Shown here: piece after piece, positions 11,835-23,700 of the stretch | How positions within the stretch are numbered: the first letter of the stretch is position 1 | How the letters are laid out: the number at the start of each line of letters is the position of its first letter | NCBI RefSeq assembly: GCF_964355755.1 | Contig: NC_092671.1 | Coordinates: 2,790,001 to 2,854,000 of the forward strand | Length of the DNA: 64,000 nt | Direction: 5' to 3' | Origin: Antedon mediterranea | Lineage: Eukaryota; Animalia; Echinodermata | Notes under the pieces: model-generated | Told to the model about the DNA's origin: nothing | Databases searched by the model: none | The model's input: only the letters and a program-made list of their open reading frames with translations | Translations under genes and position numbers: made by a program

Positions 11835-14800
11835 ATGATAACTTCTTATGCATTATCCGCCAGTCGAAACATATTTTTCAAATTATTTAAACAAGCATAT
11901 TGTAAAGAAGCAGCTCCACCAAAACAGTCAATGCTTTATGATGCTTCTTTGCCGTTTTTTAATCAACGTAAACAGTTTTCACAGCAGGTTACTGAAATTA
12001 AATCGTCAGACGATGGACACTCTGTCACCGTCTTGTGGGACGATGGCCACAAGATGAAATACCCCTACATATGGCTACGAGACAACTGTCGGTGTGCTTC
12101 GTGTTATGATTCACCTGTTGCAACCAGAAAATTTCTGATCAACGATTTAGATTTGGATGCTAAGTTTAAGTTATCTGAACAGAATGCTGGAGAGCTAATG
12201 TTCTATGGGACGGAGGGACATCAGACGATCATCCAGTCGTCATGGTTACGAGATAAAACGTTTGGCACCATCGATATGGGGCCAGTTTTCGATACGAAAC
12301 TTTGGGGTGCGGATTTGTTGTCGTACCTGCCTAAATTTAAGTATGAAGATGTCCTGACTGATGACGAGATTCTGTACAGGTGGATGCAAAGTGTTAAAAT
12401 ACACGGCATTGCGTTGATTAATGATGCGCCAACACATGATGACGAAGAACTCCGCAATTTAACCGAAAGAATTGGCCATATTCGACAAACATTTTATGGG
12501 TGAGTCAGAAGATTTTAAGAGCATTGTTGAAGCAGAATTTTGATGGATGGAAACTAACCGCCAATGCATATTTTCCACTTTGGTTACAATTTACTCAAAA
12601 GATATAAAATAAAGATTTTTTTGCTTTTATCAAATATAATATAACACCATGGGCAGATCCAGGATTGTTTTAATGTGGTGGGAGCACTAATATATTATTT
12701 CAATTTTATGTAAACACATCAGGCACAGAACATGAATTCTAACCGCACGGTGATATACTGAAATTGAATTAAATAATTTGGAACAATAAAGATGAGGAAA
12801 TCTGTGAGGATGAAAAAAAGTTGTATATATATGTTTTTACAGGGTTGTTTTTGGTGTGAAGTCAAAAAAGGATACATATTTTCCAGGTTACACCTCTGCT
12901 GAACTCCCGTTACACACCGATTACACATTTGGAGCAAACACACCTGGGGTATGTTTTGATACATTTTTACTATACATATCACTAATGTGGTTAGAAAGCC
13001 CTCGGGCCGAGATAACTAACACTCGGGGCTTTTGCATAGTATATGCCAATCTGTTCACATCAACATTAAACAATTTAAAAAATATTCCTTTGGCCCAAAA
13101 CCATAATTTTTGTAAGGGTTTGGCCAAAGATTACAAATAAATACCATTTTAAAATAGTATTTATTTGTAGCCACAAATTTTTCGCAAGCCACTTTTAAAA
13201 TTCAAACAGTGTGGTTCGGTGGATTGACCCTTTTATAGGGAACGTGAGACATGCTTCATCGGTCTACAGTATTCACATCGACTGGTTTCTAGGTCCAAAT
13301 GATTCATTTTGGAGTCAAATATAAAACAATGAGCTAAGATTGGGCCTAAGATTTAACTTTAAACCGAGATTCCAAACAGTTGCATACACACAATAATAAA
13401 GCAGAACCCCTCTTTGGGACACTCATATTCAGGGGAAACCCCTATTCAGGAGACACCTATATTCAGGGGACACTCATATTCAGGGGACACTCATATTCAG
13501 GGGACACTCATATTCAGGAGACACCTATATTCAGGGGACACTCATATTCAGGGGACACCTATATTCAGGGGACACTCATATTCAGGAGACACCTATATTC
13601 AGGGGACACTCATATTCAGGGGACACTCATATTCAGGGAAAACCCCTATTCAGGAGACACCTATATTCAGGGGACACTCATATTCAGGGGACACTAATAT
13701 TCAGGAGACACCTATATTCAGGGGACACTCATATTCAGAAGACACCTATATTCAGGGGACACTCATATTCAGGAGACACCTATATTCAGGGGACACCCAT
13801 ATTCAGGGGAAACCCCTATTCAGGAGACACCTATATTCAGGGGACATTTATATTCAGGGGACACCTATATTCAGGGGACACTCATATTCAGGAGACAGCT
13901 ATATTCAGGGGACACTCATATTCAGGAGACACCTATATTCAGGGGACACTCATATTCAGGAGACACCTATATTCAGGGGACACTCATATTCAGGAGACAC
14001 CTATATTCAGGGGACACTCATATTCAGGGGACACCTATATTCAGGGGACACTCATATTCAGGAGACACCTATATTCAGGGGACACTCATATTCAGGAGAC
14101 ACCTATATTCAGGGGACACTCATATTCAGGAGACACCTATATTCAGGGGACACTCATATTCAGGGGACACCTATATTCAGGGGACACTCATATTCAGGAG
14201 ACACCTATATTCAGGGGACACTCATATTCAGGAGACACCTATATTCAGGAGACACCCATATTCAGGGGAAACCCCTATTCAGGAGACACCTATATTCAGG
14301 GGACATTCATATTCAGGGGACACCTATATTCAGGGGACACTCATATTCAGGAGACATCTATATTCAGGGGACACTCATATTCAAGGGACACCTCGATTTA
14401 AGGACACTTTACTCTATTCAGGAGAAACCTCTATTAAGGGACACTTTGTTGGGTCCCTAAAGGTGTGTCACCTTAATATGGGTACGGTACTACCACGTAA
14501 ATAAACTAAAATAACCACATAACTACAGTCACCATTAATTGTATTCTTTAACAATTCATGTCTAAACACGGATAATAATACCATTAAAAAGCACTTTTTT
14601 AAATGTTTCAACGATTCACCCGAGCAAATGTGTTATCTTACTTATTTAATGTAGATAATTAATTTTCACGGACTCAAACGCGCCCCTTCTGGTGGTAAGA
14701 GCATGTTTGTGGACGGATTTAAAATAGCGAATGATCTGAAAGCATCTGACCCGGACGCGCATCGACTCCTATGTACTGGTGTGATGTCCTTTGGATTAGT

Positions 14801-17592
14801 TGGTTTTGACTGCGGAAGACACTTTGACAATAGAGGACAATCAAAGATCATAAAGTATGATGTCATATTTATTACGGTTATACATCTCATTTCATATTGC
14901 ATGATGGTATGGTATAGTTAGTTGGACACATTTCATGAATGGTAGTTAACAGTGTTCTCTTCCACTGTGGTAAAAGTCTTGAAAAAGATCATACCAAGCA
15001 AGTTAGTACTGGAAAATACCGGCAGCAACTGACAGAAACCATTTTTACTTGCTTGGTTTGTTTTGTTAGCATGATAGTAATTTTAAATTATCATCCTGAA
15101 TTTTTGGGAGTATATACTTACAGAACATGCCTATTGATTTTCAAGAAAATGTATATATAATTGGTCGAATCACAAAAACTTGTTATATTAAAATCTGATT
15201 TACCCAGGGCCGTAGCCAGGATCTGTCAAGGGGGGGTTCGGACACTAAGTATTTGGGTCACTGTCCCACTGTCACTGTGTTTCCCTTGTGGCCCGGGCAA
15301 CAGCCTTAATTTCATACTAAATGTTGTTTTTGCCACTAAATTGAAATTGAGTTCCATTTCATCGTATACCACCCGGACACGGAACTTGATAGGCTTAGTC
15401 ATAAAGTAGTTACAGAGTTGCAGGGCATTTTATCATTGTTGAATGTTTTGATATTAGCCTAATTGTTAAAACGAACTTCACAACCAAAATATTTCTTTGT
15501 AATAAAATCTATTTTAAATGGAACGCTACAAAAATAATCCTCTGCTTTATCAGAGCATGCATACCTAATAACCAGACAAGAACGTATCTTTATTACATTT
15601 TACTATCAATCTATTTTCAAGTCACGCAATCCATTTTTCAACAATATAGTAGTATAATAACATTTTGATTGAATAGTGAGGGATTAGTTACAGTTTGACT
15701 TTGAATAAACAATTGGTAATTTACTGAAAATCCAAAATGAACTTGTGTTATAATACAACAAAAATTATTCAATCAAAGAAACGCTCTACTACACATGAGA
15801 AATAGATGTCGGTCGATAAACTTCTGACGACGACTAAAACAACGACAATCAGCTAAATGTTAGTAATTTTATTTCATCTCTGGCTTGTTACATTTTTCAT
15901 GACACATTACCGGACTTCCCCCTCCTCTCGCAATGAACGACAGTACAGATCCTCCCTATCTAGGCTCGTGTATGTAGCATACTACTACGTTATTCACAAA
16001 TTACGAACGCATAGCAGTGTTACTAGAACCATCACAGATTACCTCTAATGGATCAATCATTCACACATGATTTAAAAAATTCATCGACAAACGAAATATA
16101 GCCTATATTCATTCCTTTTAAATATTAGGCATATTGCCAAGGCTAATAATCGATTTGTCCATAATTATTGCGTTTTGCCGGGGGTTTTCCATAATCTAAG
16201 GCCAATTTTTAGGCCAAATCATAATTGTGCGTATAGTGTTGTATTTCCGATGCGTGTAGTACCCTATTTATCTTCATTTCCGTACGTTCGTCGTAAATAG
16301 GCCGAATTTCCGTAGTAATTTATAGACGTTCCAAAATTTGAACCGTGTTATACCGGTAACAGAGCAAAGTTTGCTTCTTTCTGCAAATTTCCTATCATTA
16401 TTTTCTTTGTTTTATTTGGAGTGTGGTTTAAAACAACACTTTTGTAAAGTTTATAGTGGATAAATGAAAATGAATTTTTGGAAAATGTGGTTTTAACATC
16501 TGACTTTATTTAGCATTTTTAAATGAATTAAAATTCCAAATTATACAATTTAACCTTTTGCTCAATATATTTATAGCAACTGCTTCATATTTTTTGTACA
16601 ACTTTTAAAAATTATCAATTGATAATTAATTTACATTAATTGAGTACAGTTATTAGAATGTATTACCGTACCAAAAGTACCTTAATCGGAGACTTTCCCG
16701 CGACGTTTGCATTGAACGAAAAAAAAAATTATCATAAATGTACGTGCGAGAGTACTATTTGCGGCCATCTAGGGGTGTCATTTAACAATTTGCTTGCTCA
16801 AATACTCAGTGTCTACAGCCCTGGAGTCTTTGGGCAACCCTCTTAAAATAGTCCTGCGACCGTCCCTGATAGCTCTATCTATATTTATTTACAGCAATTT
16901 GGGTTCGCCCGAACCATAAAAACCCCCCCTGGCTACGGGCCTGTTACCTGTACCTTTAATATAAGATACAGTATTAAATAGCATGATATATGTAGTTTGC
17001 CCTCTCTTTTGTACTTCATTTTTTTTTCTCATTGAAAAACGGGTGCGTTTATTAATTGTATACTAGTACTGTACTGCTAATCTTTAATTTTTTTAAATTT
17101 TAATCAAATGGTTTACCAATTTTACGATAGCCTTGATAAAGATGGACAGGTTGGAAAAATTTCATTTAGCCAGCATGCTCGTAAAGATGGTATTGCAAAG
17201 ATCCCGATGGAGCAAGTCCGGTCGTTCTACAAAGCCGTTCAGAAGTTTGCCAGCGTGATATATGCGCCAGATAACTTGCTGAAATTCATGATAGAAGAAG
17301 GTGGGATTTTGAAAATTTGTATTCATGTGTTCTTAACAAAATAAATAATGAGAAAGGTAGATAATACTTATTAATGGGATATATTGGTCACTCTTTAAAA
17401 CATGATGCACATGACTTCTTAATTGTAGGTGATATGGTGACAGTTGATAACGATCGAGTGCTACACGGGCGTGAAAAATTCCAAACAGACGGAAGTAAAG
17501 AAAGAGCCCTTCATGGAGCTTATTTCGATCACGATGAATTTGAATCTCGTCTACGAATTTTAAGCAAACAATTCTCTAAGAAACATAATTAA
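11835..17592 (+). CDS. Gamma-butyrobetaine dioxygenase-like Fe(II)/2-oxoglutarate dioxygenase (BBOX1/TMLHE family); exons 11835-12499, 12843-12948, 14655-14854, 17131-17300, 17429-17592
   Basis: Zn-binding WLRDNCRC..C domain, RIGHIRQTFYG, LPLHTD (HxD), GGKSMFVDGF, GDMVTVDNDRVLHGR; all introns GT-AG with consistent phases (2,0,2,1); upstream acceptor at 11758-59; AATAAA near 17726. Orthology to BBOX1 not established. Confidence 0.93.
13415..14410 (+). repeat. 17-bp minisatellite (TATTCAGGRGACACYYA)n in BBOX-like intron 2
   Basis: Alternating TATTCAGGGGACACTCA / TATTCAGGAGACACCTA over ~1 kb; explains ORFs 13380 and 13414. Confidence 0.97.
15205..16943. mobile_element. Non-autonomous DNA transposon, hAT-like (possibly hAT5), in BBOX-like intron 3
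   Basis: TIRs CAGGGCCGTAGCCAGG / CCTGGCTACGGGCCTG; TTACC direct repeat on both flanks (15200-15204, 16944-16948). Confidence 0.7.
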
Positions 17593-18304
17593 ATGCATAT
17601 AGATAAATAGGCCTATAGATACTGTACAATTCCCAAACCCATAATGCCATCCCAAAGGTGTCCAGTATTGGGAGAGTTGACTGTATAAGATTGTCTGTGG
17701 TGGGGTAGTGTACATTATCATGTTGAATAAAACAGGTAGGGTTTTTCGATTCTGCAATGTGAATTCTTTGTTTTAGAATATTTCACAAACAAATCCCAGT
17801 TTTAAGTAACCCTTAAAGGGTATTTCCGGGGTTAAAATTTCTATTATATTATAAATATAAGCCTTTGCAACAACACGACATAACTAACATAGTATAAAAC
17901 TAATTCCAAATAACAGTATTAGCATTAGTGAAATAAGCCCGTTTTTGGTGGTGCTTCAGCTTTTTTAGTATTTTAAGAGATAATAGGATTGTAGCCTACA
18001 AAAATGTACGATTAAGAAACATAGTACGGTTTTAAATAATTTTAATAGTAATCTTATTTATAAATTATGAACATAAACGTGTACATAATCATAAAATATC
18101 ATTCAGATCGTCATATATATATGTATGTTAATATTATAAATAATAATAGGCCTACAATTATGATTTAAGCTAATCATTTAAAATTAAACAAGAAATATGC
18201 TCAGATGACTGTATTAATGTTCAACAATGTAATGCTTGTACAAATCTCTAGTAAGAATGAAAGTTTGACATACAGTATGAACACAGTGAAATATTAGTTA
18301 CGGT

Positions 18305-18665
18305 TGATGTAAACGCACACACTATACTGTAGTAGGCCTAGTAGCAGTTTAAGCGATTAGTTGAAACAGTACATAAATAGCTGCGCTCGACATACATTAA
18401 CGTACACAAACGCCACAGCAGTAGGACTGAACCGAATTGTGGAAAGCGTACTCAGTACAGAAGTAGATGCGCTCTAACATTAAAACGCGCACAATACTCT
18501 ACACTAGTAGATGGACTGACGCCAATTGTTGAAAGCGTACTCAGTACAGAAGTACCTGCGCTTGATATTCATAAACGTACACAATATTCAACATGAGTAA
18601 GGTCAAAGCGAAGTGTTGATAGACTTTCACGTACAAAAGTAAGGCTACACTTGACACAAACACTT
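18305..18665 (+). repeat. Degenerate ~90-bp tandem repeat, ~4 copies
   Basis: AATTGT.GAAAGCGTACTCAGTACAGAAGTA..TGCGCT at ~18435 and ~18525, weaker copies either side. Confidence 0.7.
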
Positions 18666-18887
18666 ACTAATTACTCCAGTAAGAACCGCCATAATATACA
18701 TACATATTCATAACAAGATATGATGGATAAATAATATATTCTATAATTTTATAACTGTAATTTTTTAAGCTTTAAAATGTAGCCATTATGACGGAGTATT
18801 ATATGATAAAATGTATATAAAGTTATATCAAAAGTACCATACCATTACACTAGGTCTGGACTAATTAAAATTAATTATACAAAAATG

Positions 18888-19005
18888 TATGAATAATACA
18901 TAATTAAAATATGAATAATGCATTAATTACTATGAATAATACATAATTATCATGAATAATGCATTAATTACTATGAATAATACATAAATATCGTGAATAA
19001 TTAAT
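18888..19005 (+). repeat. ~21-bp AT-rich minisatellite
   Basis: ATGAATAAT(A/G)CAT(A/T)ATTA.. repeated ~5-6 times. Confidence 0.8.
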
Positions 19006-20797
19006 CATATAAATTTTGTGGAAAATTTAATAATTACATTTCAATATGTTTTCATCAACAAATGATTTTAAAATAAAAGAAAGCTAATCTAAATTTATTT
19101 CTTTTTCAATTACATAATTTAATCTTCAGAACCCGTCAAATACTAAATGGCAGACGGACTGCATAATCAAACTTGAAGCATTTAAAAAAAACTCTATTTG
19201 TAGAAGGTGACCCTAAACAGTGTATGCTGACAATCAAGATAACCTCATGATAAGTTATGATAAGTGTCTGTGTGTGACAGTGGATATTCATATACTTGTT
19301 GTGATGCGATAAATTGCCCAACCAATCAGAACTCAGGAATGCTCGATTCGCAGAAATATATTCACCTAGTGGAAAACATACTTTATATAGTAATTGCATT
19401 GATTTACATGATTTCAAAGAATTACTTTTAAAACAAAAGTCCAAGAAGGATTTTAATTATTGAAATACAGACACAATACAAACAAATGAATTAGGAGAAT
19501 TTAATTTAGAATTGCAATGACTTAAAATGGAAATAAATTATTTTTCCCAACATTTCCTTGGATCTCAGTTCTCTCACCTCAATATATCAAGAAAAAATGT
19601 TTTAAGAATTTCTCCGATGCACATCATTTCATACTTGTAAAACAGATATCCCAACATCAGGGTTTTGAAGTTTCTATCATATGTTTTAGGCAAAAGGTAC
19701 ACACAAGTCCTATCCCCTTATGTTTGTGAATGAGGCAAGAAAAATAATAGTAGGGTACCTGGACAGCAATAAATTCTGTACCTGATTTTGGTAACAGGAT
19801 AAAATTCAATAGGGTACCTGGATAAAAGTCAATACGGTACATGGAAGGCATTCAATAGGGCACGTGGGTAACATTTAATTGAGTACAAGATATCCGTTTA
19901 TTTGTACCTAAAGCAAAAACTTATCTTATCAAACCAGTCATGTTTTATCTTAAGTAATGCGGTAGAGTAGATTGGTTTAGGGTCATTAATAGACACATAT
20001 GTAAATTTTTTATCTTTTTTCCTGTAAGTTTGATGTCTGACCTCACAACATTACAATTATTGGGTTGCGAACTTTCAATCCTAAATTCTTCATTTCATCC
20101 TACTATAATACAACAAATAATAATCATTAAAAAAAAATTAGTGTCCTCATAAATAAATTCTTTATATTGTACATTCTTGAGAATGAATAGCACACTCCCT
20201 TTCTCTCTATCAATTTGAAAACAAATAATTCAAAATGTACTTTCAAGGAATAGATGTCATAGTACAAACAAATAATTACCATTTACAAAAAAAAATTTGT
20301 GTCCCCATTAAATAAATTCTTTACATTCTTGTCCAACGGAGAATGAAAACACACTCTCTCTCAATTTGAAATAATGCAAAATGTTATACCAATGTATAGA
20401 GGGCATAATACACAAAAAATAATTATTCAACAATCTGAAATTTATGTTTTGAATAAACTCATAAAATCCATCACCATAATACCTAGTGCTTAACCAAATG
20501 GAAACGTTTACAATTCACTAATGAATGTATTAACCACATCTATTAAAATGGGATGACTTTTACAATTGCTCATAGATGATCTTTCACAAAGCCAGCAGTG
20601 AAGTGTGGGTTATGAATAAGTGGAGAATATTTATGCATGTTTTTTGATTTTGTACTTCCTCAATCCAAGATCAATCAAATATCTGTTGTTATTGAAATAA
20701 AAATCAAATTTTGATTGGTAACCCAAGGTCAAAGGTTGAACGTTTGTTACCTTGGAGACTGTAATGAGACTATTTAACATGTTACATATATTTTGGT

Positions 20798-23700
20798 CTA
20801 TTGCATATTAAGCAGTGTGGTAACGGCCGCCTCACGGTTGCCTCGGTTGGCTTCCAGGACTGATTTGATAACTTCTGGTTCCGTGTCTGGGAACATCTCG
20901 TTGATGGATTTGATGTCTTCGGGAGTGATTGGTGGAGGAGGTTGAGGGTGCTGTTGTTGATGTTGATGCATGACAGGGCCTTGTACGACTGGAGGACGCA
21001 TTGGCGGATACACTAGTAATAAGAATTTTCACATTTAATCTAGTTACGCTTTTGGTGGTCTAGTGGTATGATGCTAGGTTGTTTATATTGAGATCAATGG
21101 TTCAAGTCCCATAATCATCTCTTTACCATTTAACATATTCATCAGTACAACTTCATCATTATTTTTAATTATTGTAATCATCACCACCAAACTATTAACT
21201 CATCATCCAAGTCAAAAGCATAGTGATCATAAGCCCAAACATTTACCGTCTAGCAAATGGTTGAAATGGCATCACATGATCAAGTACAAATCTACTATTT
21301 TCGAGCATCAAGCACATTAAACAAAAGATTAAATTTAGACAAGAATATTATTTATCATTTGCCAATAAACGATGTCAGTGCACAATTAGAGTGCCCCACC
21401 TACAACCAAAACTTGTTTGTGAACGTAAATGAACAAACAAACAAACACTTTGTTGTAAGCCTTACCTGCCATTGGTGCACCAACACCTGGGTATGCATAT
21501 GCAGAGGGTAAGACCATAACAGGAGGAGCTGCAGGGAATTGTTGTTGCATCAACCATGGTGTAGCTGCCACTTGCTATCCAATCAAAAGTTAGCAAATTA
21601 TTAGATAGATTTAAACAAAAGTTATACAGTGTTTAACTGGGACATAATTGTGTAATTAAGCTCTGTCTACACTATCGAACTAGTTTCACAAAGTGTGACG
21701 TGCCTAAATATGGTAGTGATATGACGTCATCATGTCCATATATATGCATATCACATTTTTTGTCACATAAAATTTGTAGATAGGGCTTAACATAGAATTC
21801 CAGGACCTCCCGATAATCACAAGAGTATCTTGATATTTTGATTATCTCCTTATCTCCCGCTAAAATGCAATTTCTCAGGATTTGTTTTTGGATATACTGT
21901 ACAAATATTCTGATAATGACATATATTACTTAGGCTCTACTACAAGGTCACTGTTTGTCAACTAAAGGTGAAAATGCATTACGTGAAAGTGCCCTCTATA
22001 GTTGGATGTATATTTTTAATTTTTATAGCTTCCTCTAATGTTTTTTTGGTATTTATTTAAATTCAGATTTAAACAATATCAAAACATAGCAAAAATGCTG
22101 AATTGCATTTTAATTGGAGGGGAAAAAACATCTAAATGTAAAACAATTCAACAGAAATATAATAGTTTTATAAAAAAATCCAATAAGCAAATCAACACAC
22201 TGCTGGGTGCTTGAAATTGGTTGAATTTGAGCAAGTAGTTCTTTTTTTAAATGATTTTTTTTGAACTGGCGGAAATCTGGAATAGGGATGTGTATAAAAG
22301 TTGTGAGCTTTTAAAAAAAAATCCTACATAATGTTTTGTATCTAATCTCTCCAATTATAAAACAGTTTAACAGAAATATAATAAATAATAAAACCAACAG
22401 CAAATCAACACACAGCTATGACTGTTGGGTGCTTGAAATACTTTAAAAATACATTATATTTACCGAGTAAGAGAGTACCAAGTTAATCATTCCTTCTTTA
22501 TCATTGCCTTGCTTGCCGCTTAGTGAGTACCAGTCTTCCTTTGTGTCTCCACTCACGACACACTGTGGTATAGTGATGTGGGCCCATGCAATGCGGTTGT
22601 CGGTTGTAAATGATTTCTTATAAAGAGAAAAAAATTGATAATAAAATTGAATTGATAAAATACAATTTTGCTTATTAATTAATTAAGGAGTCTTGATTAT
22701 AGAACTGCTATTTTTGTTTCTATTAAGTATGATACACAACCAAATACTTAGGAAACCCCTTCTTTCTGAGTATAAGTCGTATACTAAACTTGGGTATTGA
22801 ATTGTAAAATGATTTGAACCAGGAACCCTGGAATTGGTAAGCAAGCCATAGTGCACTAAATAGACTAAACTCACCATGGGGGCCTGCTCAATGTTAGTTA
22901 TTTATCCGGGTAAATATCAAACCATAGGGAAAGTTTCTGTTGCAAAATTCGCAGTCACGTCACTTTTAATTTTCCTAAAGCTCTGTCCACACTATCAAAC
23001 TAGTTTGACAAAAAAAGTGTGATGTGCCCAAATATGCTAGTGATATGACATCATCATGTCCATATAGGCACATAACATTTTTTTGATAGTGTAGACAGAG
23101 CTTAAGTGAACACTTTCTTGTGTACAGAACTTAAAACTTCTTTCTATGGAGGGGTTTGTGCTAATAATATTACCAATTATCAGATACATACTTCATCAAA
23201 TATCTCTAAATAGAAAGTGTTGACTCCTGTTGGCAGGTTGCACTGTATCACCTTATTCCATCTGGGGTTCTTTGAGCCGTTACTATCCGTTGGTGTTTCA
23301 AACACGGAGTGTCCGACACGGATACGGCAGTAAGGGTCCATTCTGGTCACACCGTAATTCTTTGCAAGTTTTGCCTAGATAAAGAAAACAAAATTAAGTA
23401 AAAACTGCATTAAAACACCGGTTCTCATCAGATCATTAAAGTTAAGCAACGTTGGGCCCAGTTGCGTTCTAGGTGAGAGACCGTCAGGAATTAGCGGCGG
23501 GTGCTATGTAATAATAACTAGCACGTGATAGAGCATATATGTACCATACTGATTGCATCCTCAGGCAAGATGCTTTACTCTCATTGCCTCGTCCTTCCGA
23601 TGGGATGTAAAGCCGTTGGTCCTATGTACATATAGTGTATGTTAAAGAACTTGGTACACTATTCGCAAAGAGTAGGGGATTCTCTACCAGTGTGCTGATC

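Noticed and set aside
13380-14460. 348-aa and 105-aa repetitive ORFs
   Set aside because: Translations of a 17-bp minisatellite inside an intron; the same peptides appear in all frames.
17813-17850. Kolobok-like terminus TTAA-AGGG
   Set aside because: No matching opposite end found.
20110-20430. ~150-bp local duplication (also 22150-22440 and 19750-19890)
   Set aside because: Ordinary degenerate local duplications in UTR/intron DNA with no further structure.
21045-21112. tRNA genes (also ~22810-22880, 36950-37012, ~61630, ~62573)
   Set aside because: Only A/B-box remnants; no complete cloverleaf.
23405-23510. Functional 5S rRNA gene
   Set aside because: Many substitutions, degraded ends, single intronic copy adjoining SINE sequence.
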